Notes: a model not told the origin generated them from the sequence alone. Positions 38,265 to 49,700 are shown, counted from the first letter of the stretch. The stretch is 63,280 nucleotides of DNA from Thermoproteota archaeon (GCA_015522685.1 WALU01000018.1:1-63280), one strand, 5' to 3'. A program made the numbers and translations.

Positions 38265-39086
38265 TCATTCAGTATGCATTCTAAAGTAGTAAAGTAGAAC
38301 TGCTGCAAGAGATGGTATTGATAATAGTGCATAAAGGGCAATGAATATATGTATAGGCAATAATGTACCCATATGATATAAAAGACTGAGGATTATCAGG
38401 GCTGAGTATGCAGAGACTGTTGGAATCATAATATAAGGACTCTTAAGAACTTCCACATAATCATCTTCTACTTTGCGACCAAATTTCCTTAAAAGATAGA
38501 ATTCTACTGCTATGGATATTAGAGGCATAGATAAGAATACCAGTAGATATGGATCATATCTAGTTCTAAAGATTTCCACTTGAAGGTTCATTTTTTCTCT
38601 CTTCTTATCGTTAAATGCTTTAATCAAAGGTTCTAGCTTCTGTAAATTATATTCGATAAAGGGGGCGATTCTCTTGTCCCAATTTCCCTTCAATTCATAC
38701 TCAAAGGCATGGTCAGAGGTCATCACGATGATCTTGTCATCCTTATGAGTCAAAAGTACTGATCCAAAGTACCTTATATTATACGCCATATTGAGATCCT
38801 CTGGGGCGCCTTTCCATACAACTTTGCCCTCATAGAGAACTTCAATTCCTTGAGAGAAATTTCTAATACTGAATGTCTTCAGTATAACAGGTTCAACTAT
38901 CAGCCTAAGCTGCTCTATTTTATTATTCAGGTAGAAGGTTTCCCTTTCTAAAATATCCAACATTTTAGCAGTCCTGTGTAACTTATTCATGGATATCAAG
39001 TGAAGGCCTCCTACTCCAAAGAGTAGAGGGATTGGAAGCAAGAGAATTATTAGAATAACCGCCCTATATCCATTCAATTTTTCCAC
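38265..39086 (-). CDS. Hypothetical membrane protein
   Basis: 273 aa; N-terminal TM, coiled soluble region, three C-terminal TMs. Confidence 0.7.
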   Translation of the reverse strand: MEKLNGYRAVILIILLLPIPLLFGVGGLHLISMNKLHRTAKMLDILERETFYLNNKIEQLRLIVEPVILKTFSIRNFSQGIEVLYEGKVVWKGAPEDLNMAYNIRYFGSVLLTHKDDKIIVMTSDHAFEYELKGNWDKRIAPFIEYNLQKLEPLIKAFNDKKREKMNLQVEIFRTRYDPYLLVFLSMPLISIAVEFYLLRKFGRKVEDDYVEVLKSPYIMIPTVSAYSALIILSLLYHMGTLLPIHIFIALYALLSIPSLAAVLLYYFRMHTE

Positions 39087-39532
39087 CTTTAAATAATACT
39101 ATAAAGAAATTATAACATTGCTGCCGGGCCTACTCCACTAGTTCCCTAATATTCCTAACCTGAGTAAAACATTTTTTAAATTATTATTCCATTTATAAAT
39201 AAGCTCCTACATTCTAATATATCTTTAATGTGCTAAAAGTAGCCTGTATTTATAATATTCGCTTTATAGCATTCAATTAAGCGTTGAAATTTCAGAGATA
39301 CTCTAATTTACTAAATACTTTAATGTATGAATGAATTACAAATTACCTTTACCAATTAGTATGTAGCCACTAAGCATGATGCAGAAGAGCTAAGAAAATA
39401 AGTAGGTAATCTGAAGGGTGATGTAAATTATCTAAGGAGAAACTTCCTCAGCTTTAGCCTGTCTCAAGTGCTGCGAAGAATATTGAACCTTTCTCTCAAG
39501 CATTAAAAGGCTAAGTTGCTTAATGAACGGGA

Positions 39533-41734
39533 ATGATTCTTATGAAGAGTATAACTATTGCATTAATTATTTTGTTCCTGTCCTTAGTTATTGTAGTGGC
39601 ATGCTGGGAAGCAAATTCTCTCAGGCCCCATACAAAGTCTATAAACTCTACAACCACCGGTTGGATGGTGAGTATGTGGAAGCTTGGAGAAATAGCTTAT
39701 CCTAAGGGATTTCCTTCATCTAAACTGGTCAATTACACAGAAGTTTTATCTGCTCCTCCCGAATACTTCCCTCTTAACAGGAGTGAACTACTCAATTCCG
39801 AAGTTTTGGACGAATTAAAGTTGAATAAAAGTCAAGAGAGCTACCTGATGAGTAAGGGGTTCATTATCTTAAAATGGGATAAGCATAAGGACTTCTCCGA
39901 TGCTTACTTAGAGCTGAAGCATTTTCCGATATATGTGACAGTGGACAGCTTTCTTCATGCCTATCACATTCAATTCGATTCTTTGCTTGCCAATATAGAG
40001 GAAAAATATCTTTACAACGATCTCTGCAATCTAACGAAGAGAATGATAGAACTTAGTAGCAACGATATACTCAAGGTAGGCGAACCAGCCGAAAGAAACC
40101 TTGCCTATTTCTCAGTAGCCATGAAACTGCTAGATCCAAAGTTCAAACCATCAGATGAAGTTAGAGATGTTGTTAATGCTGAGCTTAAGAGGATAAATAG
40201 TAAGGTAATAGCTAAGAGCCCTCTTTTTGGATATAAGGAGGACTATAGCCAGTATAGACCTAGAGGGCATTATACGAGATCTGAAAAGCTTCAGAGATAT
40301 TTTAGGGCCATGATGTGGTATGGAAGAATGGCCTTCCTCCTTAGAGAAGGACTAGTCAGTGAAAATAAATCCAGAGAACTGACCGTTCAAGCTGCCCTCA
40401 TATCTACAGATCTTTCAAGCGATAAGAATGCTTCAAGCTACTGGGGAAGGATTTACACAGCTACCTCCTTCTTTGTGGGTTTTGCTGATGATTATACACC
40501 CTATGACTACCTAGAAGCTATGAAGTCATTATTTGACGGCTCAATTAGGCTAAAAGATCTCTATTCCTTGAGGAACTCTGATGAGACAATAGGCATGTTC
40601 AGAGCCGAGCTTATGAAGAGAGGAAAGCCTAAGATATATGGAGGTACAGGATCTTGTAATGTTAGTCCTCCAATAACGAAGGAAAAGCTGGATGAATGCC
40701 TAGAGAAAACAGCCGGAATGAGGCTTATGGGACAAAGGTACGTACCTGACTCCTACGTCTTCCAGATGCTAGTAGCACCATCAGTCGGTCTTTATATAGG
40801 TACTAAAAAGCCTTTTACAATGGTAGAAACGCAGCTGGGACCTGCTAGGGGATTCCCAAGGGGACTCGACTGGTTTGCAGTTACTGGATCTGGCAGGGCC
40901 CTCGAGATCCTGAAGGAAGAGGGTGATGTAAGCTATGAAGAATATGATAAGACGATGAAGGATCTCAGGAATGAGTTCTCTAAAGCTGATTGGTCTAAGA
41001 ACCTTTACTGGTCATGGCTTGATGTCCTCCGCTACTTGGTGAAGGCGAGAGGCAGAGGATATCCAGCTTATATGATAAGTCCTGACTGGCTTGACAGGCA
41101 GCTTCAAGCTGGACTTGCATCTTGGACTGAGTTAAGGCATGATACGATACTCTACGTGAAGCAGAGCTACACACCTAAGCTCACAGCCATGCCTCCTCCT
41201 GATAAACTGGGAGCTGTGGAGCCATTACCCAATGTTTACCTCAGGTTAGAAGCTCTCGTGAACCAGACTAGAGATGGGCTTAAGGAGATGAGGTACCTAA
41301 GCGAAAAGGAAGAGGCAAGACTGAATAATCTGGCTAATGCTTTGAGAAGAGCTAGGGAGATCTCACTGAAGGAGCTGGCTGGAGAACCTTTGAATAGAAG
41401 TGATCTCTACTTCATTGGGAACTTCGATGAGGTCTTAGATTCAATAATGTCGGGACTAGATAAGAGATCTAAGAGCACAGTACTTGTGGCTGATGCACAT
41501 ACAGATCTGAACAGTGGTCAGGTTCTAGAGGAAGCTATGGGAAAAATAAATATGATATTAGTTGCATTCCCGACACCAAACGGCACAGTCTTAATGGTAG
41601 GGCCTGTCTTTACATACTATGAGTTCAAGCATCCATTGAAGGATAGACTCACAGATGAGAAATGGCTCAATCTCCTAAAGGCTGGAGAACCTAAGATGTT
41701 TCCATGGCAGGAGAGGCTCTACGGAAAATCCTGA
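39533..41734 (+). CDS. DUF3160 domain secreted protein
   Basis: Signal peptide; VTVDSFLHAYH, EDYSQYRPRGHYT, YFRAMMWYGR, GQRYVPDS, SWTELRHDTILY.KQ, RLTDEKW. Confidence 0.9.
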   Translation: MILMKSITIALIILFLSLVIVVACWEANSLRPHTKSINSTTTGWMVSMWKLGEIAYPKGFPSSKLVNYTEVLSAPPEYFPLNRSELLNSEVLDELKLNKSQESYLMSKGFIILKWDKHKDFSDAYLELKHFPIYVTVDSFLHAYHIQFDSLLANIEEKYLYNDLCNLTKRMIELSSNDILKVGEPAERNLAYFSVAMKLLDPKFKPSDEVRDVVNAELKRINSKVIAKSPLFGYKEDYSQYRPRGHYTRSEKLQRYFRAMMWYGRMAFLLREGLVSENKSRELTVQAALISTDLSSDKNASSYWGRIYTATSFFVGFADDYTPYDYLEAMKSLFDGSIRLKDLYSLRNSDETIGMFRAELMKRGKPKIYGGTGSCNVSPPITKEKLDECLEKTAGMRLMGQRYVPDSYVFQMLVAPSVGLYIGTKKPFTMVETQLGPARGFPRGLDWFAVTGSGRALEILKEEGDVSYEEYDKTMKDLRNEFSKADWSKNLYWSWLDVLRYLVKARGRGYPAYMISPDWLDRQLQAGLASWTELRHDTILYVKQSYTPKLTAMPPPDKLGAVEPLPNVYLRLEALVNQTRDGLKEMRYLSEKEEARLNNLANALRRAREISLKELAGEPLNRSDLYFIGNFDEVLDSIMSGLDKRSKSTVLVADAHTDLNSGQVLEEAMGKINMILVAFPTPNGTVLMVGPVFTYYEFKHPLKDRLTDEKWLNLLKAGEPKMFPWQERLYGKS

Positions 41735-42121
41735 GCTACATAATCTAATGAAATGAGTGGGATAGATAGCCAGAAGTTCTACTTTATCCTTTAGATCTTC
41801 TATTACTATTTAATCTCACCTATCGTCACTCTCTCAGGTAATCGATGAGGCCCTCAAATCCACTAAGGCCCTCCCATTAGCTCCTCACTTTTTCATCGCA
41901 TTCAAGTTTCTTAATCTTACCATACATCATTATCCTCCCTAGAGGCGCAAGATAGATTCGTAAGGTGAGTAGGATAACTTTGAGAAGGATAATATGAACA
42001 GTTAGGTTAGATAGATACGCAGGCTTTTAGCATTCCAGCTTGGTCATGGTTCTCATCCTTTACGCCATGCTGGAGCTACCTAGGGTAAGGCAAGATAAAG
42101 ATAGTGGGAGGTATAGCCTGA

Positions 42122-42420
42122 ATGCCTGAGCTGCCTGAGCAGAGGAGATATAAGGGATCCAATGGACTAACTACTATCTTTCTAAGAGGAAGAGGGAACC
42201 TGAGAGTACAATTTAGGACAAAATCTCTGGTTGCGAATCATAATATCCATGCTCATCTAATGCTCTCTATTAGCATTATCCTATGGGCAAAGAAGTGCCT
42301 CAGTATCAAGTCAATATAAACTTATAGTACCTCTTCTATAATATAGGTTCCCATATGGCTATAATAAGCCTAGCGGTCCATTGTACCAGAGGAGTTCGCT
42401 TAGGAGTATCATCCAGAAAT
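42122..42420 (+). pseudogene. Possible Fpg/Nei DNA glycosylase remnant
   Basis: SD GGAGGT, then MPELPE (Fpg catalytic N-terminus), RGRGN and HAHLMLS resembling RRGK and HLGMSG; stops at 65 aa. Confidence 0.45.
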
Positions 42421-42449
42421 GGCATGAGAGAATAATGAAGAAGGTTGGT

Positions 42450-43643
42450 TTAACATTCCCTTCTCTTTAAATCTAGCTGTTCTCTAGATTTATATATACT
42501 AATGTAGCTTACTGCTATGGCTAGCAAGGGTACTATTGAGAGGTAAAAGTAACTAGTTGCATAGCCGCTGATGGATACTATTAGGCCAAAGATTATGGGT
42601 CCAGCGAAGCACCCAATATCTCCGCCCATTGAGTAGAGAGCTATGGCCCTATTCTTAACAGGAATAGGCACGGATTCCAGCGTTATGTATTGCTGTGGAG
42701 GTATGGTCAATCCCATGCCAAATCCATAGACAACAGCGACTATAAAACTTTCAGGAGCTATATACATTACTTCTAGCCCTAAGGTTGATAGAAGCATGAA
42801 TAGATAGCCTATTACCATTATCTTCATTGGATCTCTCTTAACAGATAACCTCCCAGCTAGATATCTAGAGAATATGCCGCTTATTGATGAGAACATCGCG
42901 AAGTAGCCATATATAATAGCTCCATAGCCTAGATCTCTATACTGAGATTGGAGTAGGCCACCGATCGTCATGAATACGACGCCCGATAAGGCTGATAGAA
43001 GCACCATTAAGATGACAGTCCTGTTGACGGCGTCTCTCCATCCAACTTTCACCTCCTCCTTATCTATCCTTCTATGTTTTGCCTCTGGTATGTTCAAGGA
43101 AAATATGAGCAGCCCAAGGAGAAATGCCAGCAGGAATACGGGTGGATATCCCTGATTATCGACGATTATTCCGGCAAGAGGAGGAGCAACTATGCCTCCA
43201 AGAGATATGAGCATGGATCTCATACCTATAGCCACACTCGCTAAGTCACCAGCAGCCACTGCAACTGCTGCGACTGATGGACTTATGAAGAAGGCATTTC
43301 CAAATCCCTGAATTACCCTCCCTAAGAGGAGGTGAGAGAAATCGCCGGCAATCAAATAAAAAGCGGAGGAAAGAGCTATGAATATACCACCTATAGCCAT
43401 TGAATAGTGACTACTGGTTTTATCAGCTAGGTGTCCCGCTACGGGCCTCAATACAAAGGAGACTAGAGATATTGATGACCATATAAAGCTCGTTTCTGCT
43501 ATCCCAATCCCAAGATCCCTCGAATATCTAGCGAGTATTGATGCTATGAGCCATAGAGCTAGGAAATAAGCGAGTACTGAGGCCATACTAATTACTAATT
43601 CTCTCTTGGCTTTCATGCTTTCATCGAAGCGACCATACCTCAA
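42450..43643 (-). CDS. MFS transporter
   Basis: RPVAGHLADK, GRVIQGFG, about 12 TM. Confidence 0.9.
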   Translation of the reverse strand: MRYGRFDESMKAKRELVISMASVLAYFLALWLIASILARYSRDLGIGIAETSFIWSSISLVSFVLRPVAGHLADKTSSHYSMAIGGIFIALSSAFYLIAGDFSHLLLGRVIQGFGNAFFISPSVAAVAVAAGDLASVAIGMRSMLISLGGIVAPPLAGIIVDNQGYPPVFLLAFLLGLLIFSLNIPEAKHRRIDKEEVKVGWRDAVNRTVILMVLLSALSGVVFMTIGGLLQSQYRDLGYGAIIYGYFAMFSSISGIFSRYLAGRLSVKRDPMKIMVIGYLFMLLSTLGLEVMYIAPESFIVAVVYGFGMGLTIPPQQYITLESVPIPVKNRAIALYSMGGDIGCFAGPIIFGLIVSISGYATSYFYLSIVPLLAIAVSYISIYKSREQLDLKRREC

Positions 43644-43694
43644 GGGATAAAATATTAAGTGAAAGCAGGGAGAAGATCTACCTAGCTCTCATTA

Positions 43695-44435
43695 CTACAG
43701 TCTACGGAGCATGGTCTTTCTATTTAGCCATATTGAGGCGTAGAGAAATACTAAAGCGAATGCAGTTAGTACGACTATATCAAGAGCTAGAGGAAGGAAT
43801 GACCTTCCATAGTAAGATAGACTAACTATATCCACGAAGTAAGTTAGGGGAGACAATAACGCAACTCCTAGAAGATAGCTTGATAGGCTGCTTAGAGGTA
43901 TAAATATGCCGCTAATGAAGATTATGGGTAATCTCACGGCACTTGCAAGCATCACTGCATCTGCAGGAACATCAGAAGGAATTGAGGAGAATATGAGGCC
44001 TAAGAAGGAGTAGCAGAAGGAAGCTAGCACGAGGGCTGGTATTAAGATAAGGATGTTAGCTTCTATTCCAAGCAAGAACCCTACGCCTACTAGTACGAGG
44101 GAGATTAGAATGCCTAAAAGAGAGGAAGCTATAGAATCTCCTATTACAATCATCCCCATTGTTACTGGTCCGGTTAGGAGCATTTCAAGGGATCTCTGCC
44201 TAGTCTCCCATGGAATCACAATAGGGGTTACAGCTGATGCTGTAAAGAATATAGTGATAGATATTAAAGGGGGGATACTACTAACTGTAATTCTGTTTCC
44301 AATTACAAAGGCAAGCCACAGGAAAAATGGCATCAATAAACCTAGTATTATTACAGGTCCTTTAAGGAAGTATATTCTAGCATCTTTCATGGATAAAGCT
44401 AGGATGCTCTCCATATAAGACCTCAAAGAATCCAT
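43695..44435 (-). CDS. ABC-2 type exporter permease
   Basis: E..QRSLEMLLTGP, PIIFISGIFIP, SPLTY. Confidence 0.88.
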   Translation of the reverse strand: MDSLRSYMESILALSMKDARIYFLKGPVIILGLLMPFFLWLAFVIGNRITVSSIPPLISITIFFTASAVTPIVIPWETRQRSLEMLLTGPVTMGMIVIGDSIASSLLGILISLVLVGVGFLLGIEANILILIPALVLASFCYSFLGLIFSSIPSDVPADAVMLASAVRLPIIFISGIFIPLSSLSSYLLGVALLSPLTYFVDIVSLSYYGRSFLPLALDIVVLTAFALVFLYASIWLNRKTMLRRL

Positions 44436-44441
44436 ATTTCC

Positions 44442-45389
44442 TTACCTTTCCTTACCTCTTATTAATTTCATGAATATTTCCTCAAAACTTGGACCTGTTG
44501 TCTGAACCTCCTCTACTCGCGCCCCCAAATCTTCAGCTAGCTTCATAGTTCTACGTAAGACTTCATCAACTTCATCTCGCCTACATGTGATGAATATCTT
44601 CCTTCCTTGAATTAGCACATCAAAGCTCCCTAAAGCTTCCTCTATTCCCTTCAAGTCCCTATCTAAGATTATTTTAACGCTTCTGAATTCCTCAAAATTT
44701 ATCCTCAGATCCTCTGGGCTCCCTTCCGCTACTATCCTCCCCTTATTAATCACTGCTATCCTATCACATAGTATACCTGCTTCTTCTATGTTATGTGTGG
44801 TAAGAAAGATCGATTTGCCCTCCCTCCTGAGATCGGTGATGAGGGATCTAACCATCCTAGTGCTTATAATATCCAGCCCTGATGTAGGTTCATCTAATAT
44901 GAGTATACCAGGATCACTTATGAGCGCCATAGCCAATAGAAGCCTCTGTCTCATTCCCTTAGAGAATCCCTTAACTTTTCTACTCATAGCCTCGCTCAAA
45001 TTCAACATTTTCAGCAAATCCTTAGCTCTGGCCCTCCTCATATGATCTTCAACGTGATAGATCCTCCCAGCTAGCATCAGGTTATCCCAAGCACTTAAAT
45101 CTACATAAGGAGCCGATATCTCAGGAACTACTCCTACATGACTCTTTGCCTTTAAAGGATCTTTTAGGACATCATACCCCATAATATAAACTCTTCCTCT
45201 ATCAGGAGAGATGATACCTGTTATCATCCTAATTGTTGTGGTTTTCCCAGCACCATTAGGTCCGAGGAGACCGAATATCTCCCCTCTATCCACATGCAGG
45301 CTTACACCTCTTACGGCTCTTACCTGACCAAAGCTCTTTTCCAAGTTATGCGCTTCTACTGGTTTCACAGGGCTCCCTATCCCATACAA
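44442..45389 (-). CDS. ABC-2 exporter ATPase
   Basis: GPNGAGKT, FSKGMRQR, DEPTSGLD, PSFEEIF. Confidence 0.92.
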   Translation of the reverse strand: MYGIGSPVKPVEAHNLEKSFGQVRAVRGVSLHVDRGEIFGLLGPNGAGKTTTIRMITGIISPDRGRVYIMGYDVLKDPLKAKSHVGVVPEISAPYVDLSAWDNLMLAGRIYHVEDHMRRARAKDLLKMLNLSEAMSRKVKGFSKGMRQRLLLAMALISDPGILILDEPTSGLDIISTRMVRSLITDLRREGKSIFLTTHNIEEAGILCDRIAVINKGRIVAEGSPEDLRINFEEFRSVKIILDRDLKGIEEALGSFDVLIQGRKIFITCRRDEVDEVLRRTMKLAEDLGARVEEVQTTGPSFEEIFMKLIRGKER

Positions 45390-45942
45390 AGCTTATAGTC
45401 TCACTTAGGTATTCCTTATTGCTCATTCTACTCAATGGCCTTAGGACATAGCAGAGGAGCGCGCCAAAGAACCCCCTTATCCTTATCATAGATTCCTGCG
45501 ATTCATCTCCAAATGCTCTTCTTGCAGCTTTCCTTAGGAGGTTCTCACATAGCTCCCTTATATCCTTCCTGATCTCAGGGTATAGCGCTTCAACTGCTAT
45601 TGTATGTATAAGCAGATGTCTCATCTCGCCCCTCTCATACTTATCGAGGTATCTTCTACCGATGCATTCTAGGAGCTTTCTTCCCTCAATTTCATCCTTT
45701 AAACACCTCCTAATTATATCCAATGGGAGACTTCTCTTAGCCACCTCTAAAATCAACTCATCCTTAGACGAGAAGTACCAGAAGATCAGGCCCTTAGAAA
45801 CTCCTGACTTTACGGCTATTAAATGAACAGGAGTTTTGAAGAAACCCTGCTGAGAGAAGACCTTCATAGCCCCTCTTATTATCCTCTCTCGTGTATCATG
45901 AGGGAGCTTCACCTTCCTCACATCCTTTCCCTTCACATTCAT
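45346..45942 (-). CDS. TetR/AcrR family regulator
   Basis: TRERIIRGAMKVFSQQGF...IAVKSGVSKGLIFWYFSSKDEL. Confidence 0.93.
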   Translation of the reverse strand: MNVKGKDVRKVKLPHDTRERIIRGAMKVFSQQGFFKTPVHLIAVKSGVSKGLIFWYFSSKDELILEVAKRSLPLDIIRRCLKDEIEGRKLLECIGRRYLDKYERGEMRHLLIHTIAVEALYPEIRKDIRELCENLLRKAARRAFGDESQESMIRIRGFFGALLCYVLRPLSRMSNKEYLSETISFVWDREPCETSRSA

Positions 45943-46381
45943 GATCTCCCTTCCACCTTTCCCTAGGCTTATATTCTACAGAAGCTAGACGACCCGATAA
46001 GTATAGCTCTAGCACATTTCTAACTCTTCCATAGGCACCCCTTACTACCACTATGCCATACTGCTGGAAATAATCCACAGCTCTCCTTCCCATGCCCCTA
46101 CATATCAGGACATTGACTCCAGCATTGGCAAGCAATGATGGAATGACGCCAGGCCCATGCTCTTCCCGGTAGGAATTATCCAACATCTTTACTTTTAAAA
46201 TAGATCTATCTGGAGAAATATCTACTAACAAATATGCTGGGGCATGGCCAAAGTGTTCGAATATAATATCATCTAACGCCATATGATCTTGGACAGGAAA
46301 AGCAATTCTTTCTACAGTACCCTCACTCGTGCTTGCACCCTGACTCCTCAAGATGCTTTGTCCTCTATCTATTTGGCTCAT
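45896..46381 (-). CDS. NifB/NifX-family (dinitrogenase FeMo-co domain) protein
   Basis: IAFPV, HFGHAP, GVNVLICRGMG. Confidence 0.88.
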   Translation of the reverse strand: MSQIDRGQSILRSQGASTSEGTVERIAFPVQDHMALDDIIFEHFGHAPAYLLVDISPDRSILKVKMLDNSYREEHGPGVIPSLLANAGVNVLICRGMGRRAVDYFQQYGIVVVRGAYGRVRNVLELYLSGRLASVEYKPRERWKGDHECEGKGCEEGEAPS

Positions 46382-46404
46382 GAGGCATTCCCTACTTTCT
46401 ATTG

Positions 46405-46422
46405 ATTGACCAAATGGTTAAT
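46405..46422. promoter_or_regulatory. Candidate TetR operator
   Basis: ATTGACCAAATGGTTAAT, an imperfect inverted repeat 24 bp upstream of the nifX-tetR-ABC operon. Confidence 0.5.
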
Positions 46423-46764
46423 AAGTTAAAAACATTGCTATAGAACTCTCGGCATGCATTCGTATACAAAGTTAGAATTTTGTGCAAAATGCTGAAGTAA
46501 TATGAGCATAATGGTTTTAGAATGCATTAACTGATATTCATAAACATTGGGCTTATAACAGGTCCTCCCTCAACTATCTGCCATGAATACTCCAATAACA
46601 CCGATTCTCAAACTGGATTTTCACAGATTACCTACAATTATCTTTCTAAAAGAGCTATCCTGAAGGAAAGCTATTGTTATCTTTCAATCTTCCCTCCAAT
46701 TAACGTTTATCCTTGACATAATATCTCGGACAACCACTAGGTTTTTAGGTTCTCCTTAACTCTC

Positions 46765-49700
46765 ATGGATGGTGGTAAAATGAAGGAGGCAGTTGGAGAG
46801 ATACCTAATGGTGAGAAAGAGTTTGCTCAATCTGCAAAGCACGCCCGAGAGTTGATAAAATACCCAGAACTTACTGAGGAGGAGCTTGGAGAGAGACTCA
46901 GAAATGTTCATTATGGTTATAGCTCCGGCCTTCCTTACAAGACCTTCTCTCTATGCCCAGAGAGTAGGAGGTTGGTTCAAGCACTAGTTTGGGAAGAAGA
47001 CAACAAAATATGGATAGCAAAGAAATGTCCAGAGGGGTTAATAACAGAGGTTTACTACGAGGATTCCTATCTATTCAAAAAGTTCATGAAATGGGCTTAC
47101 GATTGGAAGCTTTCTAGTTATAATGTTGAGAATACAGGAATAAATTGTCCATTTGATTGTGGCCTCTGCCATAGGCATCGCTCTCATACAAGCCTGCTTA
47201 ATATAGTCCTGACAAATAGATGTAATCTCTCATGCTGGTACTGCTTCCCCGGGAACGAAGAAGCATTATTTAGATTTGGTAGTGAAGTACGTCTAGCAAA
47301 GTTTGAAGATGTTGCTAAGACATTCTCCTTTGAGCATAAGGTCGAGATAGATGGGTTTAAGGGAGAGTACTCAATACCTAATGATCTTTACGTTCTTACC
47401 TTTAAGGAAGGAAAGGCGGAGTGGACAAGGGTTAGCAAGTTCCTTAGGAGAAAACATAAAGGAAAGATCCTTAGAATAATCACTCATACAGGGAGATTCA
47501 TTAGAACAACCCCGGAGCATAAGTTTTTCGTATATATAGATGGAGAACTTAGGAAAAGGAGAGCCGATGAACTCAGGCCCGGTGATGAGCTGATCATACT
47601 CTGGAACTTCGATCATGGAGAGACATTAACTCATATAGATCTTATAGAGGTCTTTAAGAAGCTCCCATATAAGGAAAAGGAGAAAACATACGTCAGAGGA
47701 ATCTCAAAGCTTAATCTCTTAAAGCTAAAGGAAAAGTACGGAGAGAAAGTGTACTCTTGGAGGAATAAGGATTCCATACCGCTTAGTGCTTTCTATGAAC
47801 TCGGCGGAAATGTTGACGCTGATAATCTACGCTTTGGGAGGGATGGAACTGCCTACGAGATACCTACTAGACTGGAGATAACCCCGACTTTAGCCAAGCT
47901 TATCGGCTACTTCATTGCGGATGGGAGTTATACCGACAAAGATCTCCGCATAACGGTCTCCCATAAGGATGTTGAGGAAGAGATAGTCAAGATCCTTGAA
48001 GAACTCAAACTTCCATATAGCTTCCTTCAGTGGAATGGAAAGGCTAAGCAGATAGTCATTGGGAGCAGACTTATGCGCTTGGTTTTCAAATACGCCCTTG
48101 GAGTACCTGAAAAAGCTGAGAATGAGAGGTTGCCCAAGGATTTCTTCAACTTTCCGCATGAGGCTAAACTATCTCTCCTTAGTGGACTCTTCAATGAGGA
48201 TGGCCATGTTGTCAGGGACAGAAGATATCTCAACATGGGATATACCAGCGTTTCAAGAGGTCTGATAAGAGATATGCTTTATCTTCTAGCATCACTTGGC
48301 ATCTTCACAAGAGTATATGCAGTGCCCAAGGAGAAAATGAAGGGTTCCAATTATGACCTTTACAAGCTATATATAGCAGGTACAGACCTAGTTAGGTTGG
48401 CAGATCTTCTTGATCTCAGGAGAGATCGCAAAGAGAGATTAGGAGAAATTGGAGACAGAAAGCCAGCCAAGATAACTCGCGTTGCAGATTTCTACATTGA
48501 CACGATTGAAGGAGTGACAGAGGAAAATTATGACGGTTACGTCTATGATCTTGAAGTTGAGAGCAATGGACATTCGTTTGTCGCCGCAGATGGCATCCTT
48601 GTGAGCAACTGCTTCTTCTATGCTAAGGAGGGGCAGCCAATATATGAGCCTACCTTAGATCAGGTAAGAATGATGCTCAGGAATGCTAAGGAGGAGCAGA
48701 CAATAGGAGCAAATGCAATACAGTTCACTGGTGGAGAGCCGACGTTGAGGGATGACCTTATAGAGATATTAAAGATAGCGAAGGAAGAAGGATACAGTCA
48801 CGTACAGCTCAACACAGATGGAATAAAACTGGCCTTCGATCCTGAGCTTGTGAGAAAAATAAAGGAGGTTGGAGTGAATACTTTCTATCTAAGCTACGAT
48901 GGCATGACTCCCCAAACTAACTGGAAGAATCATTGGGAGATCCCACTAATATTCGATAATGTCAGGAAGGTAGGTGGCCCGGGTATAGTCCTCGTTCCTA
49001 CAACAATAAGGAACGTGAATGATCATGAGCTGGGGGCGGTAATAAACTTCGGATTGAATCACTTGGACATAGTCAGGAGCATTAACATACAACCAATCTC
49101 CATGATAGGTAGAGTCCCCAAGAAGAATAGACAGATGTTCAGGATAACTATCCCTGGAGCTATTAAGAAGATAGAAGAGCAGACAAATGGAGCAGTAACG
49201 AAGGATGATTGGTACCCAGTTCCAATAGCTGGGCATATTGCTAGATTCTTCGAGGCATTTACTGGTAAGAAATACTATATGACTTCACATTTCGCATGCG
49301 GTGCTGCCACTTATATATTCCTCGATGGCGGTAAGGTCATTCCAATAACTAGATTTATAGATGTTGATGGATTTGTCGAATTTCTAGCCAAGAAAGCTGA
49401 GGAACTGGAGAATTGGAAGCGCTTAGGAAAGTTAAGCAAGCTTAAGGTTGGGGGAGAAATATTCCTCAAGTTTAGAAGTTTTTACGACTCTAAATATGCT
49501 CCTAAGAGTATAAGCGTCCTTAAGCTCGTAGAAAATGCTTTTGCCAAGGGAACTTATGAAGCTCTAGGCCAGTTCCATAAGAAGACTCTCTTCATAGGTA
49601 TGATGCACTTCCAAGACGAGTACAACTACGATGTTCAGAGGGTTGAGAGATGCGTTATTCACTACGCAATGCCAGATGGAAGGATAGTTCCATTCTGCGC

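Noticed and set aside
39370-39420. C/D-box sRNA candidate (ATGATG...CTGA)
   Set aside because: Box C is imperfect, the spacing is too short, and there are no internal D'/C' boxes.
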